Assembly: GCA_900543795.1 (NCBI GenBank)
Contig: UQSH01000001.1
Span: 51,562 to 115,561, forward strand
DNA length: 64,000 nt
Source of the DNA: an uncultured Oscillospiraceae bacterium
GTDB taxonomy: Bacteria; Bacillota; Clostridia; Oscillospirales; Acutalibacteraceae
Reading direction: 5' to 3'
In this document: in pieces, positions 1 through 10,862 of the stretch
How positions within the stretch are numbered: the first letter of the stretch is position 1
Layout: every line of letters starts with the position of its first letter
Translations under genes and position numbers: made by a program
Notes under the pieces: generated by a model
Database searches by the model: none
What the model saw: the letters and a program-made list of their open reading frames with translations, nothing else
What the model was told of the DNA's origin: nothing

Positions 1-222
1 GATCCTCTTACTGTAGGTGTAAAAGTTATTACTGTTGTACTTCTTATAGGATTTCCGATAATCGGCTGGATTTGCACAATTTTAGCTATGAAAAAGAGCA
101 ATCTTACCTTTGAAAAAATGGAAGAGGTTCAGACAAACATAGCATACAAAAAATCTAAATTATCACAGGAAAACAAAAGCGAAATAGTTGAAGAAACGGT
201 AATAGAATTTACTGAAGAGTAA
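1..222 (+). CDS. 3' end of an upstream gene (hydrophobic C-terminal fragment, unknown function)
   Basis: Open frame runs from the window edge to a stop at 220-222. The translation has a TM-like stretch (LLIGFPIIGWICTILA). No recognisable family. Confidence 0.3.
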   Translation, partial: DPLTVGVKVITVVLLIGFPIIGWICTILAMKKSNLTFEKMEEVQTNIAYKKSKLSQENKSEIVEETVIEFTEE

Positions 223-297
223 TTTTATTGAATTTTAAAAACATAGATAATTTTCATAAAGAAATTATCTGTCATTACTTTACTATCAGGAGCATAT

Positions 298-2508
298 ATG
301 AGAAAAGCAATAAATTTTAATGAAAATTGGATTTTTAAGAAAGAAGGAAAAACAGAAAAAGTAAATATTCCCCATACTTGGAATTCTGTTGATGGTCAGA
401 CAGGACCTGAAGAATATTACAGAGGCATATGCACATATGAAAAAACTTTTTGCAAACCTCTGATAGAAAGCAATGAGCGTTGTTATATCGAATTTAATGG
501 CGTAAATTCGTCCTGCACTGTTTTATTGAACGATGTAAAAATAGCAGAACATAACGGAGGATATTCTACTTTCAGGAGTGATATTACCGATTATCTTAAG
601 AATGAAAATAGTTTAAAAGTATTTGTCGATAATTCACCTAATGATAAGGTATATCCTCAAAGAGCTGATTTTACATTTTACGGCGGTATTTACAGAGATG
701 TAAATCTTATTATCGTAAATGAAAATCATTTCGACTTGGATTATTATGGCGGTAAAGGATTATATGTAACTCCAAGAATAGAAGGCAATAATGCCATTGT
801 TGAGATAGAAGCATATTTTGCAGGTAACGCAGACGAAGTAGTTGTTTCTATTGATTCTGTCAGCAAAACTGTTCTGTATCCTACATATGAAAATAATAAA
901 GGGAAAGTAAAAGGTTCGGTAGAAATAAAAAATGTTCACCTGTGGAATGGTTTGGCAGACCCTTATCTTTATAACATTACGGCAACCTTGACAAAAAACA
1001 AACAACCTGTTGACAGAATTTATGACAGATTCGGGGTGAGAGAATACTATATTGACAGTGAAAAAGGCTTTTTCTTAAACGGAAAAAGCTATCCTCTTCA
1101 CGGTGTATCAAGGCATCAGGACAGAGCAGGTGTTGGCAACGCTTTAACAAAGGAAATGCATGAGAATGATATGGATATAATTCTCTCAATGGGAGCAAAT
1201 TCCATAAGGCTTGCACACTATCAGCATGACAATTATTTTTATGAATTATGTGATGAAAAAGGTGTAATTGTTTGGGCTGAAATACCATATATCACTATTC
1301 ATATGCCTACTGCAAGAGAAAACACTATTTCTCAAATGAAGGAATTAATTACGCAAAACTATAATCATCCGTCTATTATTTGTTGGGCATTATCAAACGA
1401 GATAACATTACAGGGCGTAACAGATGACTTAATTGAAAATCACAAAATACTTAATGATTTGGTTCACGAAATGGACAAAAGCAGATTATCTGCTATGGCA
1501 AATCTGTTTATGCTTGAAACTGATTCTCCTCTCATAACCCTGCCTGATTTAAGAGGCTATAATTTATATTACGGCTGGTATGTGGGAGATGTGGAAGATA
1601 ATGACAAGTGGTTTGATGATTTTCACAAAGAACATCCCAATGTTGCCATTGGTTTAACCGAATACGGAGCAGATTCTGTTATTAATTTACAATCTCCAAA
1701 GCCCGAAAAGGGCGATTTTACTGAAAGCTATCAAGCCATTTACCATGAACATATGCTTGAAATGTTTTCGACTCGCCCATATATATGGGGAACCTATTGT
1801 TGGAATATGTTTGAATTTGCGGCAGCGGGAAGAAATGAAGCCGGAGATCCCGGAAAAAACCATAAAGGGCTTGTTACATTTGACCGCAAAGAAAAAAAGG
1901 ATGCGTTTTATATTTACAAGGCTTGGTGGTCAGATGAACCGTTTGTGCATATTTGCTCAAAGCGTTATCATGACAGAATTGAGCCAATTACAGAAGTAAA
2001 AGTATATTCGAACCAAAATGATGTTACCCTGTTCGTTGACGGAGAAGAATTTGAAACGAAGCACGGCAAACATATTTTCAAATTTAATGTGCCTATCAAC
2101 GGTATTCACAAAATCATTGCCAAATCTAACGGTTTAGTTGATAATGCTGAAATACAAAAGGTAACTGCTCCGAATCCAAAATATTTTGCTTCACCGGAAA
2201 AGGTTAAAAACTGGTTTGACAAGCCCGAAGAATCCGAGCAGGCAGACAGCAACTATCTTTCTCTTTCAAGTACAATGGCTGAAATTCAAAGTACGGATGA
2301 AGGTAAAGCTCTGCTTGATGCAATGATGCAGAATTTAGGAAATAAAATGGCAGGCGGAATGGGAAAAGGAGTTGAAATTCCTAAAGCTATGATGGCTGTC
2401 GTTGCCCGTCAACCTCTTAGTAAGCTTTTAACCCAAGCAGGTATAGAATTAAGCAGCAACGAGGCAAAGCAAATAGCTCAGGCACTTTCAAAAATAAAGA
2501 AGGCATAG
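298..2508 (+). CDS. glycoside hydrolase family 2 (beta-galactosidase/beta-glucuronidase-like)
   Basis: 736 aa ORF with AGGAG RBS. N-terminal sugar-binding and TIM-barrel region typical of GH2 (NENWIFKK..., ...WSLSNEI..., acid/base-region motifs). Very AT-rich codon usage. Confidence 0.8.
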   Translation: MRKAINFNENWIFKKEGKTEKVNIPHTWNSVDGQTGPEEYYRGICTYEKTFCKPLIESNERCYIEFNGVNSSCTVLLNDVKIAEHNGGYSTFRSDITDYLKNENSLKVFVDNSPNDKVYPQRADFTFYGGIYRDVNLIIVNENHFDLDYYGGKGLYVTPRIEGNNAIVEIEAYFAGNADEVVVSIDSVSKTVLYPTYENNKGKVKGSVEIKNVHLWNGLADPYLYNITATLTKNKQPVDRIYDRFGVREYYIDSEKGFFLNGKSYPLHGVSRHQDRAGVGNALTKEMHENDMDIILSMGANSIRLAHYQHDNYFYELCDEKGVIVWAEIPYITIHMPTARENTISQMKELITQNYNHPSIICWALSNEITLQGVTDDLIENHKILNDLVHEMDKSRLSAMANLFMLETDSPLITLPDLRGYNLYYGWYVGDVEDNDKWFDDFHKEHPNVAIGLTEYGADSVINLQSPKPEKGDFTESYQAIYHEHMLEMFSTRPYIWGTYCWNMFEFAAAGRNEAGDPGKNHKGLVTFDRKEKKDAFYIYKAWWSDEPFVHICSKRYHDRIEPITEVKVYSNQNDVTLFVDGEEFETKHGKHIFKFNVPINGIHKIIAKSNGLVDNAEIQKVTAPNPKYFASPEKVKNWFDKPEESEQADSNYLSLSSTMAEIQSTDEGKALLDAMMQNLGNKMAGGMGKGVEIPKAMMAVVARQPLSKLLTQAGIELSSNEAKQIAQALSKIKKA

Positions 2509-2519
2509 GAGAATTATTT

Positions 2520-3848
2520 ATGAAAAAGTTTAGTAAAGATTTTTTACTTGGTGCCGCAACATCAGCACATCAAGTTGAGGGAAATAATATATATTCTGAT
2601 TATTGGGCAATGGAGCAAATGAAAAATTCCCAATTTGTTGAACCCAGCGGTAAGGCAGTAGATCATTATAACAAATACGAGGAAGACATAAAAATGCTTT
2701 CTGATGCAGGTCTAAATGCATATCGTTTTTCCATTGAATGGGCTAGAATAGAACCGCAAAAAGGGATATTTGACGAAAAAGAAATACAGCACTACAAAGA
2801 TGTAATTGATTGCTGTAAAAAATACAATGTTGAACCCATTATAACATTACATCATTTTACTTCGCCGAAATGGTTAATAGAAATGGGCGGATGGGAAAAC
2901 GAAGAAGTTGTAGAACTATTTGCAAATTATACAAAATATGTCGTTGAAAATATTAAGGACGATGTAAATTATATTTGCACCATAAATGAAGCAAATATGC
3001 GACTTCAGGTTAAATCGCTTATGGAACGCTTTATGAAGCAAATGATGGCGAAAACAGGCGGTAATACACCAAAAATTTCAAATGTTGAGCAAAATGACAA
3101 TTCTAATGATATGGAAGGTCAGCTTCAAGTAGGATTAAATCTTTCAAATCCGATGGAAAAAATGAAATTAACAGCCATTGAAAATATGCAGGTTTTCGGG
3201 GATATGAACCCACATACTTTTGTTTCAGCAGCGGGTGAAACCGGAGACGAAATAGTTATAAATGCCCATAAAGCAGCAAAAAATGTAATTAAATCAATCA
3301 ATCCGAAAATAAATGTAGGAATAACTTTATCACTTCATGATATTCAATGTGTAGAAGGCGGAGAAGAAAAGGCAAAGAAAAATTGGGACGAAGAGTTCGG
3401 ACATTATGTTGAATACATAAAAGATGATGATTTCTTTGGACTTCAAAACTACACAAGGACTGTTTATGACAAAGACGGTATAGTGCCGGTCGAAAACGGA
3501 GTTCCAATGACTCAAATGGATTACGAAATATATCCCGAAGCTTTGGAACACGTTATTCGCAGAGTTAATAAAGAAATGCCAAATGTGCCGATAATTGTAA
3601 CTGAAAACGGAATTGCTGTTGATGATGACAATATAAGATGTAATTTTATTGATAAAGCAATAAATGGTATTCAGTCTTGTCAGCAGGACGGAATAAATAT
3701 TTTAGGCTACTGTTATTGGTCACTTCTTGATAATTTTGAATGGCAAAAAGGTTTTGCTCTTACATTCGGACTTTGCGAGGTTAACCGCTCAACATATGAA
3801 AGAACACCTAAAAACAGTCTAACTCATCTCGGAAAATATGCAGGCTAA
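2520..3848 (+). CDS. glycoside hydrolase family 1 beta-glucosidase / 6-phospho-beta-glucosidase
   Basis: 442 aa with GH1 signatures LGAATSAHQVEGN, TLHHFTSPKWL, INEAN and C-terminal ITENG. RBS TAGGAG. Confidence 0.8.
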   Translation: MKKFSKDFLLGAATSAHQVEGNNIYSDYWAMEQMKNSQFVEPSGKAVDHYNKYEEDIKMLSDAGLNAYRFSIEWARIEPQKGIFDEKEIQHYKDVIDCCKKYNVEPIITLHHFTSPKWLIEMGGWENEEVVELFANYTKYVVENIKDDVNYICTINEANMRLQVKSLMERFMKQMMAKTGGNTPKISNVEQNDNSNDMEGQLQVGLNLSNPMEKMKLTAIENMQVFGDMNPHTFVSAAGETGDEIVINAHKAAKNVIKSINPKINVGITLSLHDIQCVEGGEEKAKKNWDEEFGHYVEYIKDDDFFGLQNYTRTVYDKDGIVPVENGVPMTQMDYEIYPEALEHVIRRVNKEMPNVPIIVTENGIAVDDDNIRCNFIDKAINGIQSCQQDGINILGYCYWSLLDNFEWQKGFALTFGLCEVNRSTYERTPKNSLTHLGKYAG

Positions 3849-3864
3849 AAAAAGAGGGATTTAA

Positions 3865-4731
3865 ATGATAAAAAAAGCAGTTCAGCAAATTATGATAGGC
3901 TCGGTGTGCAAAACCGAGGAAAATACTTTAAAGGTGTTAAACTCTATTAAGTCGGCAGGCTATGACTCTATTGAATTAAATGGATTTATGATAAAGCCCA
4001 CGCCGTTTATAGTAAGAGTGCTTACAAAAGCCGCCGGTATGCCTACAGGTTCAGCAGGAAAATTTGATTGGAAATCCCTTGTTAAAGAATCGGGACTTGA
4101 AGTTTGCAGTATTCACGAAGATTTAGGCAGCATTGAAAATGATATTGATTCAGTTATAAATGAGGCACATTCATTTAACACTAAAAATATTGTTGTTACC
4201 GGAATGTATCGCTTTGCTTATAATGATAAAAATGAAGTTAAGAAACTGGTGCAGCGTCTTAATAAAGCAGGCGAAGAGTTAAAAAAGAATGACATAAACT
4301 TGCTCTATCATAACCACAATGTTGAATTTGTTCATTTTGACAATCAGCAAAGTGAATATCTTCAAAACTGCCCTTATTCATTACTGATAAACGAAACAAA
4401 CGAAGAATATGTGAACTTTGAGTTTGACTCATATTGGGCTTGCGACGCAGGTGTTAATCCACTTGATATAATAGATATACTTTCAAGCAGAATGAGATGC
4501 TATCATATTACTGACAGGGGCTCAAGACTTTCTTCTGCATCAATAACTCCAATAATTAAAAATGACAGCATGGAGCTTGGCTGCGGTAATATGAATATAG
4601 CTTCACTGATTGAGAAAGCAAAGTCCTGCAATACCGAAGCAATTATACTTGAAAGTCACAAGAATTGGATAGATAAAAATCCCGTTAAATCACTTGAATT
4701 ATCAGCAAAATATCTAAATTCAAAGATATAA
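3865..4731 (+). CDS. sugar phosphate isomerase/epimerase (xylose-isomerase-like TIM barrel)
   Basis: 288 aa with GAGGG RBS, co-oriented inside the glycosidase cluster. Fold assignment rests on weak motif resemblance only. Confidence 0.5.
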   Translation: MIKKAVQQIMIGSVCKTEENTLKVLNSIKSAGYDSIELNGFMIKPTPFIVRVLTKAAGMPTGSAGKFDWKSLVKESGLEVCSIHEDLGSIENDIDSVINEAHSFNTKNIVVTGMYRFAYNDKNEVKKLVQRLNKAGEELKKNDINLLYHNHNVEFVHFDNQQSEYLQNCPYSLLINETNEEYVNFEFDSYWACDAGVNPLDIIDILSSRMRCYHITDRGSRLSSASITPIIKNDSMELGCGNMNIASLIEKAKSCNTEAIILESHKNWIDKNPVKSLELSAKYLNSKI

Positions 4732-4744
4732 TAGGAGACATATT

Positions 4745-7318
4745 TTGAAAGCGATTAATATTAAAGTTGAACATTTGAAAAGTCCTATCGGCATCGACAT
4801 AAAAAAGCCTTACATAAGTTGGAACTGCGATGATGGAATTCAGCAAACTGCATATATTATAAATGCTTATAACTATTGTAATGACAAAAAAGGCGACTTA
4901 TTTTATTCGACAAATAAATGCCATACATCGGATATGTTTGCATATTTCCAAGGCCCTTTGCATAGCAGGCAAAGAGTCCTTATTGAAATCACCCTTTTTG
5001 ACGAAAACGATGTACAGGGTGAAACACAGTCAACTGTTTTTGAAACTGCATTTTTAGATAAAAATCAGTGGGTTGCAAAATGGATTAATCCTGAAATCGA
5101 AAATTTGACAAAGGTTAACTCCCGTCCCGCGTCTTATTTGAAAAAAACATTTAATGTGGAAAAAACAGGCACATCAAGATTATACATAACCGCTCACGGA
5201 TTATATACAGCGTTTATCAATAACCAAAGAGTAGGCGATTATGTTTTAACGCCCGGGACTTCAGAATATTCTGTAAATTTGGAATATCAGACTTATGATG
5301 TTACTGAATTGATTAACGAAGGCAAAAACGAGATAGTAGTTGTTTTGGGCGATGGCTGGTACAGGGGCAAAAGCGGAATGAATAATCCAAACGGTAATTT
5401 ATTTGGTGATGATATTTCTCTTTTAGCACAGCTGGAAATTAATGGAGCCTCCGTTTTAATTACAGATGAAAGCTGGCAGGCTTCTCAATATGGGCCTATA
5501 TTGAAAAACGGTCTTGATTTTGGTGAAGTGGTTGATTCTACTATCGGCGACGGCTTTTTTGCGATAGAAAAATTTCATCAAGTAAAGATAGAAAACTTTG
5601 GTTATCAGAATCTAAAGTGCAGTAACAATGTCCACATAAAGGAAAAAGAAAAGTTTGAAGGGACAGTTATTAAAACGCCTAACGGCGATACCGTAATTGA
5701 TTTTGGGCAAAATATTGCCGGCTATGTAAGCTTTTCAGTCAAAGCTAAACAAGGTCAAAAAATCAAACTTGTTCACGGTGAAGGATTAGATGAAAACGGA
5801 AACTTTACCATTGATAATTTTCAGCACGAAGCTCCAACGCCTGAAAATATGATTTATCAGCAAGTTGAATATATATGTAAGGAAGGGCAAAACGAATACA
5901 AACCGCAATTTTGCATTTTCGGATTTCAATATGTTAAAGTTGAAACAGATATTAATATAGATGACATTAAATTCACCGCGCAAGCAGTATATTCCGATAT
6001 GGATGAAACCGGTTCGTTTGTTTGCGGCAACGAAGATGTAAATAAACTTGTAAAAAATTCTCTTTGGAGTATGAAAGGAAATTTTGCCGATATACCTACT
6101 GATTGCCCAACACGGGAAAGACAGGGATGGACAGGTGATGCAGCTGCTTTTGTTAATACCGGTATGTATCTAATGGACTGCTATCCGGTATTTAGAAAGT
6201 GGTTAAACGAAGTTAGAGCAAATCAGCTTGAAGACGGTAAAATACCCGGTGTTGCACCTAATAGTGAGCCGGATGGATTTTTTAAAAAATTATCTAACGG
6301 CTCTGCAGGTTGGGCAGATGCAATCACTATAGTACCTAATGCTTTATGCAGGGTGTATAACTGTACTGATATAGTTAAAGAAAACTATGGTGCAATGAAG
6401 AAATGGGTGGATTTCTGTGAAAAAAGAGCCCACAAAAGTCGTATTAAATCTAAATTTAAAATTGATAAAAACAAAAAATATATTGTTGATACAGGATTTC
6501 ATTGGGGAGAATGGCTGGAGCCGGATGTTAATTCAAAGGATGCACTTAAGCAAACTCTTATGAAAGGCTCACCTGAAGTTCCAACTGCATATTTTGCCTA
6601 TTCAGCATATCTTTTAAGTGTGGCTGCAAAAAAAACGGGAAAAGACTCCGAAAGCAAATATTATTTGAATTTATCTGAAAAAATTAAAGAGGCTTATCGT
6701 GCGTATTTTGTTAAGAACGGAAAAATAAATTCTGATCGCCAAGCAAGCTATGTTAGACCTGTTGTTTTAGATATTTTGAATCAATCAGAAAAGCAAACTG
6801 CATCAGATAATTTAAATGAGCTTGTGAAAAATAATAATTATCATTTGAACACAGGCTTTTTGTCTACACCGTTTTTATGCAGTGTTCTGTCTTCATACGG
6901 TCATACGGATACTGCCTACAAACTTCTATTGCAGGATACAGCTCCTTCATGGCTTTATGAAGTAAAAAAAGGTGCAACTACAATTTGGGAAACCTGGAAC
7001 GGAATTGATGAGAATCATAAGGTTAGCGCATCACTAAACCATTATTCTTACGGCGCAATTGCCGGGTGGCTTTTTGGAGATGTTGCCGGAATAAAGCTTA
7101 ATTACGGCAAGATTACAATTGCTCCCCATCCGGACAAGTCTATCGGATTTGCGAGTGCCACATATAACTCGCCTTTAGGAAAGATTTCATCAAAATGGGA
7201 ATACAAAAACAACGGTATTATTTACTCAATTGAAATACCTGCAAATTGCACAGCAGAAATTATTTTGCCGAATGGTGAAAAACATAATGTTACTGCAGGA
7301 AAATACACTTTCTCTTAA
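4745..7318 (+). CDS. alpha-L-rhamnosidase (GH78)
   Basis: 857 aa with the diagnostic GH78 motif DCPTRERQGWTGD and six-hairpin glycosidase region. TTG start preceded by AGGAGA. Confidence 0.85.
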   Translation: MKAINIKVEHLKSPIGIDIKKPYISWNCDDGIQQTAYIINAYNYCNDKKGDLFYSTNKCHTSDMFAYFQGPLHSRQRVLIEITLFDENDVQGETQSTVFETAFLDKNQWVAKWINPEIENLTKVNSRPASYLKKTFNVEKTGTSRLYITAHGLYTAFINNQRVGDYVLTPGTSEYSVNLEYQTYDVTELINEGKNEIVVVLGDGWYRGKSGMNNPNGNLFGDDISLLAQLEINGASVLITDESWQASQYGPILKNGLDFGEVVDSTIGDGFFAIEKFHQVKIENFGYQNLKCSNNVHIKEKEKFEGTVIKTPNGDTVIDFGQNIAGYVSFSVKAKQGQKIKLVHGEGLDENGNFTIDNFQHEAPTPENMIYQQVEYICKEGQNEYKPQFCIFGFQYVKVETDINIDDIKFTAQAVYSDMDETGSFVCGNEDVNKLVKNSLWSMKGNFADIPTDCPTRERQGWTGDAAAFVNTGMYLMDCYPVFRKWLNEVRANQLEDGKIPGVAPNSEPDGFFKKLSNGSAGWADAITIVPNALCRVYNCTDIVKENYGAMKKWVDFCEKRAHKSRIKSKFKIDKNKKYIVDTGFHWGEWLEPDVNSKDALKQTLMKGSPEVPTAYFAYSAYLLSVAAKKTGKDSESKYYLNLSEKIKEAYRAYFVKNGKINSDRQASYVRPVVLDILNQSEKQTASDNLNELVKNNNYHLNTGFLSTPFLCSVLSSYGHTDTAYKLLLQDTAPSWLYEVKKGATTIWETWNGIDENHKVSASLNHYSYGAIAGWLFGDVAGIKLNYGKITIAPHPDKSIGFASATYNSPLGKISSKWEYKNNGIIYSIEIPANCTAEIILPNGEKHNVTAGKYTFS

Positions 7319-7329
7319 GGATTAACACA

Positions 7330-8700
7330 ATGACATATTATTTAGCAATAGACATAGGAGCCTCAAGCGGACGGCATATTCTCGGATATATAGACAACGG
7401 CAGATTAAAACTTGAGGAAATACACCGATTTGAAAACTACATAACAAATCAAAACGGCACACTTGTGTGGGATATAGAGCATCTTGTCAGCGAGGTAAAA
7501 AAAGGTATTGCAAAATGCAAAGAAATTGGCAAAATACCTTGTACAGTTGCTATTGATACTTGGGGCGTTGACTATGTTTTGCTTGATGAAAGCAAGCAGG
7601 AAATTCTGCCTGCCGTATCTTATCGTGACAGCAGAACAAATAGAGTTATTAACAAAGTTGAAAGTATCATATCTGCAGAAGAATTGTATCTGAAAACAGG
7701 GATTCAAAAGCAGAATTTTAATACAATCTATCAGCTTTATGCAGATAAACTGTCCGGCAGGCTTGAGGACGCCAAGCATTTTCTTATGATACCTGCTTAT
7801 TTATCCTATAAGTTGACAGGCATTATCAAAAATGAATACACTAATGCTACAACAACAGGTATGGTAAATGCAGATACAAAGCAATGGGATTATGAGATTA
7901 TTGATAAGCTATCCCTGCCAAAGCATTTATTTGGTACGCTTGATACTCCTTGTACCGTAATCGGTAATTTCACAAAGGAAATGCAGGACTATGCAGGCTT
8001 TGACAGCACTGTTATTTTTGCACCGAGCCACGATACGGCAAGTGCCGTCTGTGCTTGTCCGATAGATGATAACAGCGTATATATTTCTTCAGGCACATGG
8101 TCGCTTATCGGTGTTGAAAGCTTGAATCCCATTGTAAATGAAAAATCAATGGCGGCGAATTTTGCTAACGAAGGCGGTATTGATTATCGTTTTAGATTTC
8201 TTAAGAATTATATGGGAATGTGGCTTTTTCAGAATGTTAAGAAAAATCTTAATAACGAATTTAGTTATGATGATATGATGCGCCTTGCAATGCAAAGTAA
8301 GCGGTTTGAAATGATTGATACCAACGCACCTGATTTTCTTGCACCTGAAAATATGATAAATGCTATTCGCAGTTATCTGAAAAATGAAAGTATACCAATA
8401 GAGGTTGTTATCAATTCCGTTTATCATTCACTTGCACAATCATACAAAAATGCCATTGATGAAATTGAAAAGTTAGCCGGCAAGACAATAGATAATGTAT
8501 TCATTGTCGGCGGCGGAAGTAAAGATACATATCTTAATAAACTGACTGCACAGTACACAGGTAAAAAAGTAGTAACAGGACTCAGCGAAGCAACTGCAAC
8601 AGGCAATCTACTTTCACAGATTATGTATGATAAGAAAATATCCCTTGCACAGGCAAGAGATATAGTTAAAAATTCATTTGATATTAAGGAGATTAATTGA
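7330..8700 (+). CDS. rhaB: rhamnulokinase
   Basis: 456 aa FGGY-family kinase. N-terminal YLAIDIGASSGRHILG and C-terminal FIVGGGSKDTYLN match RhaB. Directly precedes rhaA-rhaD. Confidence 0.85.
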   Translation: MTYYLAIDIGASSGRHILGYIDNGRLKLEEIHRFENYITNQNGTLVWDIEHLVSEVKKGIAKCKEIGKIPCTVAIDTWGVDYVLLDESKQEILPAVSYRDSRTNRVINKVESIISAEELYLKTGIQKQNFNTIYQLYADKLSGRLEDAKHFLMIPAYLSYKLTGIIKNEYTNATTTGMVNADTKQWDYEIIDKLSLPKHLFGTLDTPCTVIGNFTKEMQDYAGFDSTVIFAPSHDTASAVCACPIDDNSVYISSGTWSLIGVESLNPIVNEKSMAANFANEGGIDYRFRFLKNYMGMWLFQNVKKNLNNEFSYDDMMRLAMQSKRFEMIDTNAPDFLAPENMINAIRSYLKNESIPIEVVINSVYHSLAQSYKNAIDEIEKLAGKTIDNVFIVGGGSKDTYLNKLTAQYTGKKVVTGLSEATATGNLLSQIMYDKKISLAQARDIVKNSFDIKEIN

Positions 8701-9953
8701 TGTCACGATACGATGAGGCAAAACAGATTTACGCGAAGTACGGTGTTGATACAGATAAGGCTATCGAAAAATTAAAAAATATTTCTGTATCACTTCACTG
8801 CTGGCAGGGTGATGATGTAAGAGGCTTTGATACAGACCCGAATAAACCGTTAACAGGCGGTATTCAGACAACAGGTAATTATCCAGGCAGAGCATCTACA
8901 CCCGAAGAGCTTATGGAGGATATTGATGAAGTTCTTAAACTTATTCCCGGTAAGATTAAGTTAAATCTTCACGCAAGCTATGCAATTTTTGATGACGAAA
9001 ATCCTTGGGTTGACCGAGATAAAATTGAGCCTAAGCATTTTAAAAAATGGGTGGATTTCTGCAAGGAAAGAGGACTTGGTTGTGACTTTAACCCAACATT
9101 CTTTTCACACCCAAAATGTGATCCGTTAACCCTTTCTTCACCAAATGAAGAAACAAGAAAATTCTGGATTGAACACGGTAAGGCTTGTATCAGAATTTCA
9201 AATTATCTTGCTAAGGAGCTCGGCGAGCCCTGTGTAATGAATATATGGACAGGTGATGGATTTAAGGATATTCCTGCCGACAGAATAGGTCCGAGAGAGC
9301 GTTATCGTAACTCTATTGATGAAATTCTTTCAGAGCCATACGATTTTAATATGGTTAAGCCTTGTGTTGAAAGCAAGGTGTTTGGTATAGGTGTTGAGGC
9401 TTATACAGTCGGCTCTGCTGAATTTGCACTCGGCTATGCAGCCGTGAATAAAGATAAATGTATTCCGCTTATGGATAATGGACATTATCATCCGACAGAA
9501 GTAGTAAGTGATAAAATATCTGCACTCCTTACATTTTTCCCTGAAATCGCATTACATATTACAAGACCTATACGCTGGGACAGTGACCATGTTGTTTTAT
9601 TTGATGACGAAACAAAGGAAATTGCAAAAGAGATTGTACGCTGCGGTGGTCTTGACGGTAAAGTGAATATTGCACTTGATTATTTTGATGCAAGCATTAA
9701 TCGAATATCAGCTTGGGTAACAGGTGTAAGAAATGTTCAAAAGGCGTTATTATTTGCACTTTTAGAGCCAAGCAATTCACTTGAGAATATGCAGAATAAT
9801 TCCGATTTCACACAGCTTATGATCGTGCAGGAAGAACTCAAAACTGCACCGTTCGGTGATATCTGGAATGAATATTTAGAAAGAGAAAACACCCCTGTCG
9901 AGTATTTTGCAGAGGTTAAAAGATATGAGCAGGAGGTTTTAAGTAAGAGATGA
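8700..9953 (+). CDS. rhaA: L-rhamnose isomerase
   Basis: 417 aa with LHCWQGDDVRGFD and HITRPIRWDSDHVV, typical RhaA. ATG at 8700 follows AAGGAG and overlaps the rhaB stop. Ends with TGA. Confidence 0.9.
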   Translation: MSRYDEAKQIYAKYGVDTDKAIEKLKNISVSLHCWQGDDVRGFDTDPNKPLTGGIQTTGNYPGRASTPEELMEDIDEVLKLIPGKIKLNLHASYAIFDDENPWVDRDKIEPKHFKKWVDFCKERGLGCDFNPTFFSHPKCDPLTLSSPNEETRKFWIEHGKACIRISNYLAKELGEPCVMNIWTGDGFKDIPADRIGPRERYRNSIDEILSEPYDFNMVKPCVESKVFGIGVEAYTVGSAEFALGYAAVNKDKCIPLMDNGHYHPTEVVSDKISALLTFFPEIALHITRPIRWDSDHVVLFDDETKEIAKEIVRCGGLDGKVNIALDYFDASINRISAWVTGVRNVQKALLFALLEPSNSLENMQNNSDFTQLMIVQEELKTAPFGDIWNEYLERENTPVEYFAEVKRYEQEVLSKR

Positions 9954-10768
9954 AAAATATTTTAGATGCACCGTTTGTAAAGGAAATGTGCGATACAACA
10001 GCCAATATGTACCGCTTGGGTTGGGACGAGAGAAACGGCGGAAACATTAGCTATATGCTTGATAAAAATGAGGTTGCAGAGTATCTCGACCTTAACAATG
10101 TTATCCGTACAATACCAACAGGCTTTGATGCAGCAGATCTTATCGGCAAGATTTTTATTGTAACAGGCACAGGAAAATATTTTAAGAATGTAAAGTATGA
10201 TCCTGAAAACAATCTCGGTATTATTCGCATTGCGAAGGACGGTACAACTGCCGAACTTCTTTGGGGATACGCAGACGGTGGCAAGTTTACAAGTGAGCTG
10301 CCTGCTCATCTTATGAGCCATATGGCAAGACTTTCGGTTGATCCCGAAAACAGAGTTGTTATGCACTCACATCCAACAAATACACTTGCAATGAACTATG
10401 TTCACGAACTTGATGAAAAGAAATTTACGCATACTCTTTGGGAAATGTGCACCGAATGTATTGTTGTATTTCCAGATGGTATCGGCGTTCTTCCTTGGAT
10501 GCTTTGCGGAACAAATGAAATCGGCAAGGCAACTGCAAAGAAAATGGAAGAGTATAGGCTTGTTGTATGGGGAATGCACGGCATTTACGGTGCAGGCAAA
10601 ACTATGGACGAAACCTTTGGTCTTATCGAAACAGTCGAAAAGGCAGCACAAATTTATATGCTCACCGCACATCTGCCCAGAGTAAACACAATCAAGGACG
10701 AGGATATGAAAACCCTTGCCGAAGCCTTCGGTGTTGAATACAGAAAGGACTTTCTCAATTTAGATTGA
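9950..10768 (+). CDS. rhaD: rhamnulose-1-phosphate aldolase (class II aldolase/adducin family)
   Basis: 272 aa class II aldolase fold. ATGA overlap with rhaA, completing the rhaBAD order. TGA stop. Confidence 0.8.
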   Translation: MKNILDAPFVKEMCDTTANMYRLGWDERNGGNISYMLDKNEVAEYLDLNNVIRTIPTGFDAADLIGKIFIVTGTGKYFKNVKYDPENNLGIIRIAKDGTTAELLWGYADGGKFTSELPAHLMSHMARLSVDPENRVVMHSHPTNTLAMNYVHELDEKKFTHTLWEMCTECIVVFPDGIGVLPWMLCGTNEIGKATAKKMEEYRLVVWGMHGIYGAGKTMDETFGLIETVEKAAQIYMLTAHLPRVNTIKDEDMKTLAEAFGVEYRKDFLNLD

Positions 10769-10862
10769 TTTTCTGTCAACCACTTGAAAACAAAATTAAT
10801 TTTTGGTCTGGATATTCAAACTCCTTTGTGGTATATGTTTGTACTACAAGGGAGTTGATTTT

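Noticed and set aside
10769-10862. Left boundary of the element as an att site or cotJC 3' remnant
   Set aside because: No CotJC-like reading frame on either strand and no clear inverted repeat matching the right junction. The left end of the element is therefore unresolved.
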